Assembly (NCBI GenBank): GCA_010909165.1
Contig: MU008155.1
Span: 1,984,001-2,048,000 of the forward strand
Length of the DNA stretch: 64,000 bases
Direction of reading: 5' to 3'
DNA from: Anthoceros angustus
Lineage: Eukaryota; Plantae; Anthocerotophyta
Shown: in pieces, positions 25,518 to 38,500 of the stretch
Layout of the letters: each line of letters begins with the position of its first letter
Position numbering within the stretch: the first letter of the stretch is position 1
The notes under the pieces: model-generated
Told to the model about the DNA's origin: nothing
Database searches by the model: none
Seen by the model: only the letters and a program-made list of their open reading frames with translations
Program-made: the position numbers and the translations under genes

Positions 25518-27287
25518 GGCGAGCGGGAGCCCGGGACGCAGGCCACAAAAGCGGCAGCAGCAGCCCTACCAGCGATGGCCAGCAGGCCGCATGGCTGCCG
25601 AGCAGGCGGCACAGAAACAAACAGACAGATGCTGCGAGGCCACCACGGAGGCGCAAGGTCCAGCAGCCTCCAGGCACGCACCAGGTTTGGCACTTCTCAG
25701 CCCAAGCCGATAGAGGGGTCAGGCGGCACCTGGCATCCACCTTCGTACTATGTACCAAAATAGATAACTTTTTATATTTATTTTTCAATGTCATTCGCTT
25801 ACGCATTTACAGTAATTCGTATCACGTTATACAAATTAATATTTATCAAACATTTTCATTCAATACAAAATATTAAAAACCTTTCTGTATCTTTTAGATA
25901 TTATCTCGAATCTTTTTTTGAATCAATTTACTATCCACTATTTTCTCTTCCTCTTTATATTTATTCATCACTCACTCACTTATATCCATCACATCGCGAC
26001 AGGGTCACTTCCGAGATACAAGCCTTGGCTTATCTGGAACGCGGAGCAGGATGCGGAAAAGGTAAGGACTCAGGGCCTGGTAGGTCCTGCGGATGATTGG
26101 CAACGACAGGAGCGGGACACCATGGAACCCTCTGCTAGCTCAGTGATCCCCGTGCCTGCTTTGGGCCTCCCCATTGTTCACCGGGTTCTCAGCCGGAGGC
26201 TATATGATGAAGGAGCTCTGAGACTGCGCTTGTGCATCAATGGGGGCAATCCGTAGTCTGTTCTCTTGTTGTCGCAGTGTTACAGCCCTGACCGGCGAGC
26301 GGCAGTCACGGCTCTGAGGTATGTCACGAGGAGCCTGCCGACACCGGTTCGCCGCCGCGCTCTCATCAGCGGCGGCAGATCCTGATGAAGGAGGAATCGT
26401 AGGAGACGCATGTGAGCTGCGGCTGGTGCTGCTGCAGGAGCTCGGGCTCAGAGGTGGTTCAGGGTTGGATTGGTCCCGAAGCATGGCCCGGGGCCTTGAG
26501 CTGGGAGGTGACCTCCTCCTTCACCCCGATGCAGAGCTGGTTGGAGCCGGAGAGGTCTCCAGAATGCGGCTTCCAAGGTTGGCCAAGCAATTCGTGCGAC
26601 GTGTACCTTTTAAGGCTTTGTCACTCTTTTCCACTTCGCACAAACTGCCTGCATTCAAGCAAACAGGATGAGACTACAGCCCTGATATTGCAAAGAGCGG
26701 CTGAGGATACATACAGCCCAACCAACACAAAAATAATTAGGCACCTTTTGACTTGTCACCGAGAACCGGAGTGCCTGTAGGTCCATCCCAGTCCTTGCAA
26801 ATCCATTTCGAACGTCAAGGCTTGATCAACGAATTGTGACAAGGGTCTCTGCATCCCAGAATCCGCATCTTTTGAAGGCGTCTCGGCTTGCAAACCTGCA
26901 GTGGCATCATCGACACGCGAATCCTTGCTGGATTCAGCAAAATCCAGGAAGGATTCCAGCTTGCAAACATCATGCCTCTTGACGTTCGACAAATACGAGT
27001 TCCTCCGAGTGCCTGACCCGCAAGCAGTCACTTCTGCTGTATCAAAACCCTCGATCTTGTGCTGCCACCCCTCTCGATTCTAGTGAAATACAATCACTTG
27101 TCTCACGACGACTTCGTAGTAGTACTTTCCAGATGCTGCACCTTCCGGGCGGACAACACGCCCGGCTTCTGCCCCAGCCAGCAGTGTTAGCCATCCATGA
27201 CTCATTTTGGACAGGGATGGAGTTGTGCAAGCACTTCACCGCGAAAGCAACATTCTCTGGCGTACACACTTGAGCACTGGCTACTTC

Positions 27288-29673
27288 TCACGGTCGACCC
27301 TTACAACTGCAACAACCAGCTGCGAATCGATGCACACGGTACCCATCCCTTACAACAATGTTTCTCTGTTCAATCCTTGACATGATCTCCGTGGAACTGT
27401 GGCAGTCACTGCACATGCGCAGATTCTTTGTTACCACCAGAGGTGTCCCTCTAGGCGTGTTCAAGAGACCAAATGCCAAAGCTAGCTTCTCAGCATGCCC
27501 ACAAAGCACATCTTCCTTTTGCTTCTCACACAGAGGCTTCAACACCAACTTTGTGTGAGGTACGTGGCCTCCTTCCTGCTTCAGACGAGCATTCGTGCTC
27601 TCTACCTTCAGCGCAATATCCTCTCTCTTTTCTCCCACCAGAAACCTATGTACCTCCTGATTCACCTCAATGGTCGCCACTGCAGGTTTCTTGTTAGCTC
27701 CTGCTACCCTTCTCTGTGTTTCCATCCTGTCTACATCGGTCCACCTACCTGCATCTGCAAAGGCATTGGCCATGAGCACATAGGCGGGCGCCTCCTGGGG
27801 GTCCAACCTAACAATGCTTTCAAAACACCAAATCGCCCTCTCTATATCTCCGTGATTTTTGCAGGCATTCAACAAAGACGTCAATCCCACAACATCACTT
27901 TGGCCATTGCATGATAGTAGCATCTTCTCTGCCTCATCTAAATGGCCTGCACGCCCAAGAAGATCAATCATGCAATTGTAATGCTCAATACTAGGCTTGA
28001 TGCCATGCTGTTCAGTCATGGAATCAAAGTGCTTACGACCCTCGTGGACCAGTCCCCCATGACTGCATGCTCCTAAAACGCAAGTAAAAGTAGCCTCATT
28101 AGGCTGAATACCGGCAACCAACATCTCCTCAAAACAAGCTAGTGCCTTGTGACCTTCATCACAAGTACCATACCCAGATATCAGGGCAGTCCATGTCACT
28201 ACATCCTTTGTATACATGCTGTCAAAAACCTGGCGTGCATCTTCCAGTTCACCACATTTTGCATACATGTCCACCAGGCAGTTGCCAACAACGTTATCCA
28301 CCAGTCCTCTTTCAACAATCTGTGAGTGCAGCTGCCTGCCCTTCTGTAAGGAACCAGTGCTTGCGCAGGCCTTCAGAAGGCAAGAAAAAGTAAAATGGTT
28401 AGCCAAAATGAGGCCTCCTGCTCCATTTGTCCATACAACAAGCGCCTCTTGGCGAGTCCTTGCTGTGCATACCCAGCAATCAGGGCATTCCATGTCACCA
28501 CATCCTTTGTGTTCATGCTGTCAAAAACCTGGCGTGCATCTTCAGTTCACCACATTTTGCATACCCAGCAATCAGGGCATTCCATGTCACCACATCCTTT
28601 GTCCCCATGTTGTCAAAAACCTGGCGTGCATCTTCCAGTTTGCCACATTTTGCATACATGTCCACCAGGCAGTTGCCAACAAACAAGTTAGTAGGAATGC
28701 CACTGTGCAACACATCACAGTGCACTTTTCTGCCAGATTCCAAGTCGGCGGCCAATGCACAAGCTTGAAGGGCAGCTACAAAGACGTGACCATTCGCCTT
28801 CACTCCTGACCTACGCATCTCATGGTACAGTTGTATGGCCTCATTAGGTTTCCCATGCTTAGCGTATGCGGAGATTATGGAAAACCACATGAAGGCATCT
28901 GGTTTGCCCACCCTGGTGAACACATCCATGGCCTCCTCTAGCCTACCTCCACATGCATACATGCGCAAGATATGGTTCCCCAAGAATGCATTCGAATCGT
29001 ACCCAAGTTTGACAGTGAGATCATGAACTCGTCGCCCCACAATGAAATCCCTCTTATCTGTACACAGTTTCAGCACAGTGTAAAACAGAGACTGAGAAAT
29101 GGCAGAGTCTGTCTGCGCCAGAGATTCCAGGGCTCCAACCGCCTCAGAAAGATTCCCCTGCTGACATAACATGCTCACGGTTCCAGCCGTTACGGCGCCC
29201 ATTACCGAACCTTCGTGCCTGCCAGGTTCAGGCTTGTCCGGAGAGCTCGACTTGGAAGGAGAGGCACCATGACCCATCTCCATATCCAAGGAAACGAGCT
29301 GCTCATCAACCCAAGCTGGCTTAGACATGCTGTTTAACCACAGGACCTCGCCGGACCCCTTACGCCGGAAGTCAGGCGAACGGGAGCTCTTCTTATCTAG
29401 TCTGTTGTCCCACCACATGGTAGGGTCCAGGAAAAATTGTTGCCACAAGTGCTCCTGCTCCTGGCCACGAGCATCACGGGAACATCCGTCCCCACCCACA
29501 CATTTCATCAGAGGTGTAAGTGCTGGGCTCCTTAAGCTGCTGCACCTGAAGGCTAGGCTGTTTGCCGGGAGTTGACTCCATAATGTGAGGCGAGCGGGAT
29601 CTCCTCGTCGAATCCCTGCATACCAACCAATTTGTTCGGTCCACAGCAGGTCCGGTTGCCCTACTGTGGCCAT
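27288..29673 (-). pseudogene. PDF-motif + PLS-PPR-E-DYW:KP (GRP) protein, disrupted at ~28440-28600 (pseudogene or assembly error)
   Basis: Paralogue of 32208-34811. Ends KKPAVATIEV...HAEKLA...MCSDCH...CSCKGRP. ORFs 27288-28493 and 28513-29748 are out of frame, and a chimeric [10 protein letters not shown] junction marks a lost repeat block. Confidence 0.85.
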
Positions 29674-30083
29674 CGTCCAGGGACCGCTATGGGAAGATGT
29701 GTCCAACAACAAACTACGGTAGGATGCCCAGATCCTGAGTATGACCACACCATACGGGCTGGCTCCGATGAGCTCGAACTCGGAGGGCTTCCATCAAACA
29801 ATCAAACCGGAAAATGGCATGGGAACTCGTTACTTTTCCAAAGCGAATCCTGGATAAGCTTGAGTCATACCTTAAGTTGAGTCATACGTTGTGTACATTG
29901 CGGCTTCCAAAGTTCCAACGTTCCAACCCGGACTGTAGAGCTATGTATGTAAATACATCTGTAAATATATGTATAGATATAGGTATAATATATAAAAATA
30001 ACATATATAATTATATTACAATTTTATTACTCCAACTTCTCTATGTTTCAACAGGCTTATCATATTGATTTTTGATTTGTTAG

Positions 30084-30680
30084 TATCGTACCCCAAGGAG
30101 TGGTTCAACAGGATAATGCCGAAATAATTATTTTTTGAAAAATAAGGTTCAATATAAATATTTATATTTTCAAAATTAAATATTTATGAAAATTATTTTA
30201 TCAAATTTTAATATTTATTAAAATACATAGGTATCTATATAGAACTAATAAAGAAGAAGAAGAAGAATTTTATTTAAGTCCACTAAGGATGGATTTCCGT
30301 CATGGGACTTGGTACTTAACAACTTGTACCATGGTATGCCTAAGCTACTTGCACCAAGAGCATCCATCTAAGTACCGATCCAAGCGCAAGATGCTTAATA
30401 ATGACGTTCTTATAAATGTGTTTCCATTTGGCCTAAGCCATTTGGGCAAATAAACAATAATGGATATGTATAGACCTCCCCTAAATAGGCCCTAATTTTC
30501 CACACAAACCCTAATTTCCTTGTTTTCGGCATCTTGAACTCGTAAATTTATATATATTCAGCATTTTAAGTATACTAATTTCTGAATTTTCAATTTTTAC
30601 TGATTTTAATTAATTTCTGAATTTTCAATTTTTACTGATTTTAATTAATCAACGCTGAAATCACCCCTCGAGGTACGGTA
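30084..30680. mobile_element. Tc1/mariner-type MITE (TA TSD) with a nested non-LTR 3' fragment
   Basis: ta-tcgtaccccaaggagtg...cacccctcgaggtacgg-ta, homologous along its length to 59718-60070. Extra insertion at ~30250-30460. Confidence 0.8.
30250..30460 (-). mobile_element. 3' end of a LINE/SINE with AATAAA + (TTC)n tail
   Basis: Reverse complement of 31604-31717. Ends aaataaaattcttcttcttctt and is absent from the sister MITE at 59718. Confidence 0.65.
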
Positions 30681-31570
30681 TTTTGAAGAGAATAATGTAG
30701 ATCCCAATAGTCTATATAGGTATAATGATGTAAGTACTAACTTTTATAAGGTTGATATAGAAACATTGTTGTAATAAATACCATAAGATGATAGGTGACT
30801 TTAGGAAGAGAGATTAGTTGCTCCTTTTTACTGTCATTGTAATTAGCACGATAAGCTAATAGGTGCTTTAGATAGAAGGCTTAGTAACTCTTAGTTCGAG
30901 TGATCCTCGGGGTCTTGCTTTGTTATCCTCGATTGGATGGGTTTTGCCCATCATTTTTTCCCCTTATTAAATTTTAGCCAGTACGATAAGATTGTTCATA
31001 GAAATATTTTTATAATAAATACGTTAAGATTGGACATAAAAAATACTATTGTAATAAGTATGCTAAGATTTGACATAGAAACATTATTTTAATGAGTACA
31101 CTAGACATCAATTTGTAATGGTTGCTATAATTTATGGTCAATTATAAAAATATGGAGAACTAGCCCCTACTCAATAGAGTTTTTTTTGGTGGGAGAGTGT
31201 GTGTTTTAATTTTATTCTGTTTTTTTAATAAATGAATGTGTTTATTTAACTCCAGCCCTATGTTTTTCTTCTAGTATAAAAATATAATATAATATTATAA
31301 AATAATTCAAACAAGACATATACATCACCATATACTCATTATAGAATTTTTTTTATAGAATAAATAAATAATTTGGATAATATAAATACGTATCTCCATA
31401 TATTAATCTATCCAAAAATGGATCATTAGGTTCTGTCCAAAATGGAGTCATATCCTACACGTGTTTGTCATGTGAGAATAACCGAATCCATCGTTAGGGT
31501 CTATCCAAAATGGAATCATATTTGTGGTGTGAAAATGGTCCACGAGTTCAAATTCCATTACAGAGACATC

Positions 31571-32034
31571 ACTCTCACCAAAGCCAAGTGACTTGTGTAG
31601 GGAGTGAATGCCCTTGGTGCAAGTAGCTTAGGCACACCATGGTACAAGTTGTTACGTACCAAGTCCCATGAAGGAAATCCGTCCTTAGTGGACTTAAATA
31701 AAATTCTTCTTGTTCTTCAGAGTGTGTTTCTTCCCCTTATACCAACACCACTCTCACTTGTGTTCCTTCCCCTTATACGACACCACTCTCACCAAAGCCA
31801 CTTGTGTAGGCCAAAGTGTGTTTCTTCTCCACTCTCACCAAAGCCACTTGTGTAGGCCAAAATGTGTTTCTTCTCCACTCTCACCAAAGCCACTTGTGTA
31901 GACCAAAGTGTGTTTCTTCTCCTTGTACCGACATCACTCTCACCAAAGCCACTTGTGTAGGCCAAAGTGTGTTTCTTCTCCTTGTACCGACATCATCACT
32001 CCTACCAAAGACACTTGTGTAGGCTAAAGTGTGT
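31571..32034. repeat. ~46-59 bp minisatellite upstream of the PPR gene, first unit interrupted by a LINE/SINE tail (31604-31717)
   Basis: Unit actctcaccaaagccacttgtgtaggccaaagtgtgtttcttctcc at 31785, 31831, 31877, 31936 and ~31998. Confidence 0.85.
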
Positions 32035-32207
32035 AAGTGTGTTTCTTCCCTTGTACCCACTAAAATATCATCTGCACTATCCTTTTGTCATGCTCACTAC
32101 TACCCTGGTGTGGTCATACACACTCCTACCCAACTTGAACATCTTCTCATAGGTGCAATAGGTACTTTTTTGTTTTAGACTCATCTTCCGAAAACGGTCC
32201 TTGAACG

Positions 32208-34811
32208 ATGGCCACAATACGGCAACCGGACCCCTTGTGGACCCAACAATTTGGTTTGTGTACAGCGATTCCACTAGGAGATCCCGCTCACCTTCCTCTG
32301 GGCAGTCAACTCCCGGCAAACAACCAAGCCTTCAGGTGCAGCAGTGTAAGGAGCCCAGCACTTCCCCTTCCGAGAAAAGGTGTGGGTGGGGATGGATTTT
32401 CCCGCGATGGTCGTCGCCAGGAGCAGGAGCACTTGTGGCAGCAATTCTTTCTGGACCCTACAATGTGGTGGGACAACAGACGAGAGACGAAGAACTCGCG
32501 TGGGCCTGACTTCCGGCGTAAGGGGTCCGGCGAGGTCCTGTGGTTAAACAGCATGTATAAGCCAGCTTGGGTTGACGAACAGCTCGTTTCCTGGGATATG
32601 CAGATGGGTCATGGTGCCACTCCTTCCAAGTCCAGCTCTCCGGATAAGCCTGAACTTGGCAGGCGTGCACGATCGGAAATGGGCGTCGTATCGGCTTTGA
32701 CCGTCCGCACGTTATGTCAGCAGGGGAGGCTTTCTGAGGCCGTTGGAGCCCTGGAATCTCTGGCGCAGACAGACTCTATTTCTCAGTCTCTGTTTTACAC
32801 TGTGCTAAAGCTGTGTACAGCTAAAAAGGATTTGGTCGAGGGGCGACGAGTTCATGATCTCACGGTCAAACTTGGGTACGAGTCGAATGCATACTTGGGG
32901 AACCATATCTTGCGCTTGTATGCAGGTGGAGGTATGCTAGAGGAGGCCATGGATGTGCTCACCAGGGTAGGCAAACCAGATGTCTTCATGTGGTTTTCCA
33001 TAATTTCTGCACATGCTAAGCATGGGAAACCTAATGAGGCCATACAACTGTACCATGAGATGCGTAGGTCAGGAGTGAAGGCGGATGCTCACGTCTTTGT
33101 AGCTGCCCTTCAAGCTTGTGCATTGGCCGCCGACTTGGAATCTGGCAGAAAAGTGCACTGTGATGTATTGCACAGTGGCATTCCTCTTAACTTGTTTGTT
33201 GGCACCTGCCTGGTGGACATGTATGCAAAATGTGGTGAATTGGAAAATGCACGCCAGGTTTTCGACAGCATGGCCACGAAGAATGTGGTGATCTTGAATG
33301 CCTTGATAACTCAGTATGCCCAGCAAGGGCTCGGACATGAGGCGCTTGTTCTCTATGGCCAAGTGGAGCAGGAGGGCCTCATTTTGGCTGACCATGTTAC
33401 TTTTGCTTGCCTTCTGAAGGCCTGTGCAAGCACTGGTGCCTTACAGAAGGGGATGCAGCTGCACTCACAGATTGTTGAAAGGGGACTGCTGGATGACGTG
33501 GTGCTGGGTAACTGCCTGGTGGACATGTATGCAAAATGTGGTGAACTAGAAGATGCACGCCGGGTTTTTGAAAGCTTGGCCAGAAAGGATGTGGTGACAT
33601 GGACGGCGCTAATTGCTGGGTATGCACAGCAAGGACTCGGCCATGAGGCGCTTGTTGTGTATGGACAAATGGAGGAGGCGGGCCTCATTTTGGCTGACGC
33701 TGTAACTTTTGCTTGCCTTTTGAAGGCCTGTGGAAGCACTGGTGCCTTACAGAAGGGCAGGCAACTGCACTCGCAGATTGTTGAAAGAGGACTGCTGCAT
33801 AACGTAGTGTTGGGCACCTGCCTGGTAGACATGTATGCAAAATGTGGTGAACTGGAAGATGCACGCCAGGTTTTTGACAGCATGAACACAAAGGATGTGG
33901 TGACATGGACCGCCCTGATATCTGGGTATGGTACTTGTGATGAAGGTCAGAAGGGGCTAGCTTGTTTTGAGGATATGTTAGTGGCCGGAATTCAGCCTAA
34001 TGATGCTACTTTCACTTGCCTTTTAGTAGCATGCAGCCATGAGGGACTGGTCCACGAGGGTCGCAAGCACTTTGATTCCATGGCTGAACATTATGGCATC
34101 CAACCTAGTATTGAGCATTACATTGGCATGGTTGATATTCTTGGGCGCGCAGGCCATCTAGACGAGGCAGAGAAAATGCTATTATCATGTGGGGGCCAAA
34201 GTAATGTTGTAGGGTTGACGACTTTGCTGAACGCCTGCAAAAGTCATGGGGATATAGAGAGGGCGATGTGGTGTTTCGAGAGTCTGGTTAAACTAGATCC
34301 CCAGTACACGCCCGCATATGTGCTCATGGCCAACACCTTTGCAGATGCAGGTAGGTGGACAGATGTAGACAGGATTGAAACACAGAGACTGGTAGCAGGA
34401 GCTATCAAGAAACCTGCAGTGGCGACCATTGAGGTGAACAATGAGGTACATAGGTTTCTGGTGGGAGACAGGAGAGAGGATATTGCGCTTAAGGTAGAGA
34501 GCACGAATGCCCGTTTGAAGCAGGAAGGAGGCCACGTACCTCACACGAAGTTGGTGCTGAAGCCCGTGTGTGAGAAGGAAAAGGAAGATGTGCTTTGTGG
34601 GCATGCTGAAAAGCTAGCTCTGGCGTTTGGTCTCTTGAACACTCCAAGCGGGACACCTCTGGTGGTAACGAAGAATCTACGCATGTGCAGTGACTGCCAC
34701 AGTTCCACGGAGATCATGTCAAGGCTCGAACACAGAGACATTGTTGTTAGGGATGGGTACCGTGTGCATCGATTTGCAAACGGTTGTTGCAGTTGTAAGG
34801 ATCGACCGTGA
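32208..34811 (+). CDS. Intronless PLS-class PPR protein with N-terminal OSB-type PDF motif and E-DYW:KP (DRP) domain; candidate U-to-C organellar RNA editing factor
   Basis: 867-aa ORF. P-L-S repeats ([29 protein letters not shown]) and E domain. KKPAVATIEV box, HAEKLA + CSDCH zinc site, C-terminal CSCKDRP. N-terminal LWQQFFLDPTMWWDNRRETKNSRGPDFRRKGSGEVLWL. Confidence 0.95.
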   Translation: MATIRQPDPLWTQQFGLCTAIPLGDPAHLPLGSQLPANNQAFRCSSVRSPALPLPRKGVGGDGFSRDGRRQEQEHLWQQFFLDPTMWWDNRRETKNSRGPDFRRKGSGEVLWLNSMYKPAWVDEQLVSWDMQMGHGATPSKSSSPDKPELGRRARSEMGVVSALTVRTLCQQGRLSEAVGALESLAQTDSISQSLFYTVLKLCTAKKDLVEGRRVHDLTVKLGYESNAYLGNHILRLYAGGGMLEEAMDVLTRVGKPDVFMWFSIISAHAKHGKPNEAIQLYHEMRRSGVKADAHVFVAALQACALAADLESGRKVHCDVLHSGIPLNLFVGTCLVDMYAKCGELENARQVFDSMATKNVVILNALITQYAQQGLGHEALVLYGQVEQEGLILADHVTFACLLKACASTGALQKGMQLHSQIVERGLLDDVVLGNCLVDMYAKCGELEDARRVFESLARKDVVTWTALIAGYAQQGLGHEALVVYGQMEEAGLILADAVTFACLLKACGSTGALQKGRQLHSQIVERGLLHNVVLGTCLVDMYAKCGELEDARQVFDSMNTKDVVTWTALISGYGTCDEGQKGLACFEDMLVAGIQPNDATFTCLLVACSHEGLVHEGRKHFDSMAEHYGIQPSIEHYIGMVDILGRAGHLDEAEKMLLSCGGQSNVVGLTTLLNACKSHGDIERAMWCFESLVKLDPQYTPAYVLMANTFADAGRWTDVDRIETQRLVAGAIKKPAVATIEVNNEVHRFLVGDRREDIALKVESTNARLKQEGGHVPHTKLVLKPVCEKEKEDVLCGHAEKLALAFGLLNTPSGTPLVVTKNLRMCSDCHSSTEIMSRLEHRDIVVRDGYRVHRFANGCCSCKDRP

Positions 34812-35526
34812 GAAGAGGTAGCTAGTGCTCCGCCAGAGAATATTGCTTTCAGGGTGAATGAATGGGCATGGATTGCTAACTCGTCTGAAGGCTTGCGATC
34901 TAGCTGGGTCACGGAGCCTGGCGAGCCCGGGCAGCTGTAGGAGATCAGGGATCGGGGCCTGGTGCAGACATGGAAATTGGCTCAGATCCGGTGGATCCCC
35001 CTTTCACTCCACCCATCCTCAGGTGTGCTTCCCCTAACCTTGTGTATAGTTGCACCTTTTCACATTTGGACGTTGAAAAAGAACCCCTAAGTAAAGGAGT
35101 CCGAGACGCTTTGGACTCTTACAACAACCTCTAAGTTAGGTAGTCTCAAATGGGTCAGGAAGTCCCAAACAGCCCTACCCAATGCCAATGCTAACAGGTG
35201 ATATATCAGGGTAGCATAAACCTACATACTGTGTAATTATGTATAAAATTAAGACTCAAAAGGAAGACCGCGCCAGTCTTTCGTAGAGTCCTGATCGGTC
35301 CACCATATGTAAGCCCACCCAAGTCTACTCTCACTCGAGTTCTCAACTCTTTTGTGAAGCCGGCTAGCAAAATCCTTACTGAAAGCCTCGAATGCTCTAA
35401 CGCCAGCAGACATTCAAGACTTCCCTATAGATGTGTTAAGAGATTCTAACATACAGTAACCCTTCCCTGGAATTCCGGCTACGGGATAAGGAGAGGACGA
35501 ACAGTGGTACCCCAGCCGATCTCATT

Positions 35527-38500
35527 TCATCCCGCGGTCGATGGTATAGGAGCGGTCATGTTATATCCACCACCCAAAACCATGGGATGCTGAGCAGAAG
35601 TGATCGTCTGGCCAGCCTGCACGGACTTCTTTCTCTCTCTTTCAGCAAGCTCCTTCTTCTTGAATTCAAAATACTTCTTCTTGGTCGCATCTACCTCACA
35701 GTTCAATCGCTCAATCTCGAATTTGTACTCATTTACTTGCGTCTGCATCCCAACATCAGCATGGGTTTCAAAATCCTGGTCATGCCTCGTTCTCAGGCAA
35801 GAACAGACATGCGTGTACCTGGTACATGCTCAGCTCAGAGGCCATAGCCTTCATTTGCCGAGTCTTCTCCCGCAAGTTCTTGGCGTACATTGCAAGCTGT
35901 TCCTGCAGCTCAGGGCCAGGTTGTCGGGCCAAAATACTCCGCAACTCGATGTATAGTTTCTCCTTCTCTTGGATAAGGAGATCCTTCTCTACAACCTGCA
36001 CATAAAACACGAACTCTTTACATCCATAAATGCCACCTTGGCTAGGGTGCTAGAAGTGATGGGTGCAAATTGGACGTGCATCACCTCCTCTGTCTTGAGT
36101 ATGAGACGCTTTTGTAAAGTCTGGATCTTGAGTATCATCTCATAAGCTACTGGATCCGTGCCCTCCAGTTTGCGCCAGCGATGTACATTGAGAGGAGTTT
36201 CAAGTTCCTCCGATAAAGCCTTGACCTGATTGCACCAAGGATTGGTATCAGCGTGCGATGCTAGTCACTTCCACCAAGTACCGAACAATGAACACAGTTT
36301 CGTACCTTAGTGCGCTCTTGAAGAAGTTCTCTATTCAGATTGTGTACTTCCTTCTTCAGCACATCCAAATTTTTGACTGAACCCGACAAAATACAATGCT
36401 CCCTCTTCAAGTCCGTCATTTTGATTTTGAGGATCCTTAGTTCGTTCAACCTGTCCCGATACTGAATTTGTCCTTTGTTTAAAGTTGACTGCTGAATCCT
36501 TATCTTCTCATAAAGAAGGGCGAGCTCCTCATTCCTGCGGATGAGCTGCATTTGCAGATCGGTTCAGCAGGGATGGACATGACAATAGAGTGAACCTGCA
36601 AATACGACACCTCATGCACATGTTCCATGGAGAAGTCACCTGTGCGCCGAGAAGGTCACGCTCGTGCTTAATGATTTCGAGTTCTTTCTTCTGACGTTGA
36701 CCCTCATCGTCTGCTTCATTGATGATGTGATTGAGGTTCTCAATCTGGGCCTGGTATTCTGAGATTTGGGCCTCTACCTCTTTAATGTTTGCAGTCGACT
36801 TGCTAAGCTCAAGCTTCAAGACCTCCTTTTCCTTCTCAACCTGGAAGCACAGAGTTGGATGTCTGAGGTACTGATTAACTCTTGGCACTTTGTCGATGGA
36901 GAAAGCCCACCGGCCCTAAGTCCACCTTGGTATGGTCGTAATGTTCCTTGATTAGCGCAAGATCCTTCGAATTGATCTCCTCCTTCAAATTCTCAATGTG
37001 ATGGGTCATGATTTTGAATTTACGTTTCAGTTCCTGAATCTCATCCTGAACTTCCAGTAGCGTCTTACTGTACAGGTTCCTTTCACTCCGTACAGCTTCA
37101 TAAGCAGTCTGTTGCTGCTTGAGCTTATTTTCTCCCTCGAAAACCTTTTTCTGAAGATCTACTATACTCATTTCCCTTGCCCTAACCTCGTCCAGAGCCT
37201 GTGAGAAGAAATGTAAGTTTCACCGTCTCGAATTGAAGCTCGCAAGTAACCCCCACAGTTTACGTGAGGGACATGATCCTTTCCAAAAAGAGTGTCGACC
37301 CATTGACAAAACCCACTTCCAACTACCTGCATGTATTTGGATGCAGCTTGCGAGGCTTCTGCACCAAACTTTTGCCTCTCCTTTTCCAACTTTGCAATCT
37401 GCTTGTCCTGCTTTTGCGCCGCATACTTATACATATTAATCTCCAACTCCAAATTATTCTTGGTAGCTTCGTTTATCTTCACCAGATCGGCCTGTTTCTG
37501 AGTTGAAGCTTCTGCCTGTTTCACAAAATTAACAATAAACTGGTGAGCTGTGATAACTGACAAAAAAACTGACTAACTTGCTCAATTCTTCACGAGAGGA
37601 TGAAGCAGCACCTGAGTCTTCATCTTGTTCAGCACATCACGCTCTCGACAAAGCTCATCCTGTCGTCTGTGTTCTTGCTCCACAAGTTTTTTCTGTGCTT
37701 CAACATCTTTCTCAAGGGACAGTATCTCAGCACGCAGTTCCTCCCTTTCTTGCTCAATCTCTTCTTTCATTTTCTCAAGTGCCTTCAGTTTGAGAACAGT
37801 TGCATCTCGAAGCTGAACACTTGTGCAACAAGAAGATAGGAATAGGTAAGGAGAGAAAATGAGAGCACAAAGATACAAGAAACTCACAACATGTCATGGT
37901 CATAATTCTCAGATGTGTCTGCAGACCTTGTTTACACGAAAAACCTCTGCCTTCACTGTTTCAATCTCATCATCCTTGAGCTTGAGTTCAACCTGTCTCT
38001 GACTATTCTCTGCTAAGAGGGTGGTATTGTTGAGAATCTGGTCTTCAAGGTCAGTTGTAAGTTTTGTAACCTGCCATACAGAAAGAGTCAGATCATCAGC
38101 GCAGAAGGTGGGGCTTTGCCACCAGCACTGCCACTAGTTATTATACCGTGAAGCTACACGGTGTTCATCAAAACTTATCCATCACAGTCCAGGAACAAAA
38201 ACACCAGCATTCCACCATACATTTCAGCAGCAAGAGTTACCTGCTGAGTGACAATATCAAGTTCCTTTTGAGCTTTTTCAGATGATTGCTTCTGCTCTCT
38301 TAACATGGACTCCAGTTTGGTAACCTGCTCTTGACCCTGCGTGATAGTTAACTGTTTCTGCCTGATCTCAGTCTGCCTTCCATCGAGTGTTATCTTCAAC
38401 TCTTTCATCTCCTTTTCCATGCGTTCCTTCTTCTTCAATTCTCTGGACAAAGGCCCGGGCTTCTCATGTACCACAAGTGGCAGAGCCATTTCAAATCCTT

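Noticed and set aside
26000-27270. Short ORFs downstream of the minus-strand PPR copy
   Set aside because: No consistent splice model or recognisable domain.
31571-32034. Regularly spaced repeats resembling a CRISPR array
   Set aside because: Units are contiguous with no unique spacers, there are no cas genes and the context is eukaryotic. It is a minisatellite.
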